Assembly: GCF_033153115.1 (NCBI RefSeq)
Contig: NW_026889786.1
Location: forward strand, 1,364,001 to 1,428,000
DNA length: 64,000 nucleotides
DNA from: Saccostrea echinata
Taxonomy: Eukaryota
Reading direction: 5' to 3'
Positions 62,201 through 64,000 of the stretch are shown piece by piece (within the stretch, counting starts at the first letter, position 1; each line of letters starts with the position of its first letter). The position numbers were made by a program, and so were the translations under genes. The notes under the pieces were generated by a model. That model did no database searches. It was not told the origin of the DNA and was given only the letters and a program-made list of their open reading frames with translations.

Positions 62201-64000
62201 CAAGGGAACTAGCCAATAAAAAGTTGACCAAAGCTGTTTAAATACACTGCCCTATTACTGATGTTTGGCTATCCACATAATGTAATATCTATAGTTATAT
62301 CTTTGATCAACATATGCTTAATGCACACAACTTGTGTTACTGATAATTGTAACTGCAGGCATTTTTTTTTTACATTCTTAATACTGATTGAACAAACTGT
62401 CTGGCAAGGAAATTCAACATCAATTTCACCAAAATAGAAATGACTTTGCACATTCACTAAATACAATACACTACATATGCCTAACTCTCATTCTGAAGGA
62501 CATACTTGTGAAAAACTTATCAAAGTCATTTAACCTTAACAAAATTCCTAAGATATTATGAAAAAAAGAGACAACATACAAAAATAGGCTTACCAATGCC
62601 AATACTATCCATGTAAAAAATAACAGCGTAATATTTCTATGGGAAGTTGAAGCATTTCGTGACAGAAACACGACAGGAAGTGAAAAGGCCTGTGTTCCGG
62701 GGCCAGAGTAAGAACTCGCATCCTGAACCCTCTTGATCCCCCCAGTAAAGGAAAACTAGAGTTACTTATACACACAGGAAACACTGTCAACCAACGTGTT
62801 ATTAACTGAATACTTCTTAGGAGACATTTTATAAACCTGGCATTATAGCTATTCTTTTGTTGATATTGTTTCTTCATCCTCATTACTTCCTATGTGAAAT
62901 CTGTCCAGGTTTGTATCTTATTTTCTTTCTTTTTTCCCCCATCAATATCAGGACTCTAGCACTAGCTGTTATACATTCCAAGTATCGAAGTACTAGAATT
63001 TCCACACAGGTGGAGGCTGATGCCATTCTATAAATGTGAAGTATAAATATGTGGATAAGTCATTTAATACTAAGCTGCTTTTTTGTGTAACGTGTGTTGA
63101 ATGATCTCAATAGGGCATGTACACAGATAACAAATCACAGACTATCTCTTATCAATACCTGATTTTATCAACAAAGAAAAGAGTTGAGTAAAATACAGTA
63201 TAAATAAATGACATACATATAGTTTTGCTTGATGATCTTACCATAAATTTTATTATTGTTCACTGCAAGACATTACCAAGATTCATGCATATTTTCAACT
63301 GGCAATTCATTTCATATTGTGTTTTGTGATTTCATGTGACCAATGAAATTACATGTACCTACAATACTTTTTCACAAAATTACGTGCTTTTATTTCAAGT
63401 TAAAAGAATAACAATACTTAAAATAGCAAAATATATACTTTGTGATTATGGTAAAGGTCAATACACAAACAGAAGTTTATTAAAAGTTCTTAGCTAAGAG
63501 TTTTATTTTCTTTAGTTATTCCTGCATAAGATATAAAGTGTACCAAAGTGTTCAACCAATGTACCTCGTACATTTAAAACAAGCTACACACAAATTCACT
63601 ATTATAGGGTTACATTCTAATATGTCAATGAAACAAAATGTCTTATGTATGCATTTCATAAATCTAAAAATATGTCAAAAATAATTGATTATATGTTTGA
63701 AATATTTACACTAGCTAGTAGATCATTGGTGTTTATATTTGCTTATTCTTTAAAGGAAGAGTTTGTTAAGTTAAAAAATCTGGTAAGCATAACTGAAAAC
63801 ATGACATGTACAAAACAAATACAATGGCCTCGGCTACCTTTTATAAATACAAAAATTTTCAAAATTTTAAATAACTCACATATACTCCAAAATTGTATGA
63901 AAAGGCAATCTAAAAACTTCAAACTTTTCCAAAGTAGATTTTCAATAAAAAGGATCTTTCAAGCCCTTTCTCTTAAATATATTATGTGCACCATAAACAA

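Noticed and set aside
62650-62800. CpG-containing patch with CAGGAAGT as a possible CLIP4 promoter
   Set aside because: A single short motif, with no clear minus-strand donor linking it to the acceptor at 59291.

Overview
AT-rich, intron-rich animal genomic DNA. The Helentron-type elements carrying a ~166-bp Cg170-like satellite point to an oyster (Magallana/Crassostrea); this is inference. Three spliced genes were rebuilt by hand from GT-AG boundaries and frame continuity: LMBRD2 (minus, 12 coding exons, 6724-11835), a Cad87A/CDH23-family cadherin with ~14 EC repeats, a membrane-adjacent domain, TM helix and PDZ-type tail (plus, 35 coding exons including a candidate 12-nt microexon, 21726-45595), and CLIP4 (ankyrin repeats plus 3 CAP-Gly domains; minus, 12 coding exons, 49676-59289). 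Introns and intergenic DNA hold many non-autonomous elements (satellite-carrying Helentron-like elements, TA- and TTAA-flanked MITEs, a TGT...ACA element with a 5-bp TSD, a LINE 3' tail). Most notable: (1) in CLIP4, a 57-bp tandem array multiplies a splice donor together with a tau-like motif (9 donors, first 5 in frame), and in the next intron a 56-bp array multiplies a splice acceptor (6 AG|GT/AG|AT sites, only the last productive); (2) a 358-bp TRIM-like retroelement whose terminal repeats each contain a tRNA-like sequence. There is one assembly gap (43209-43377). Exon coordinates were counted by eye and may be off by a base or two; protein family comparisons are from memory, not searches.
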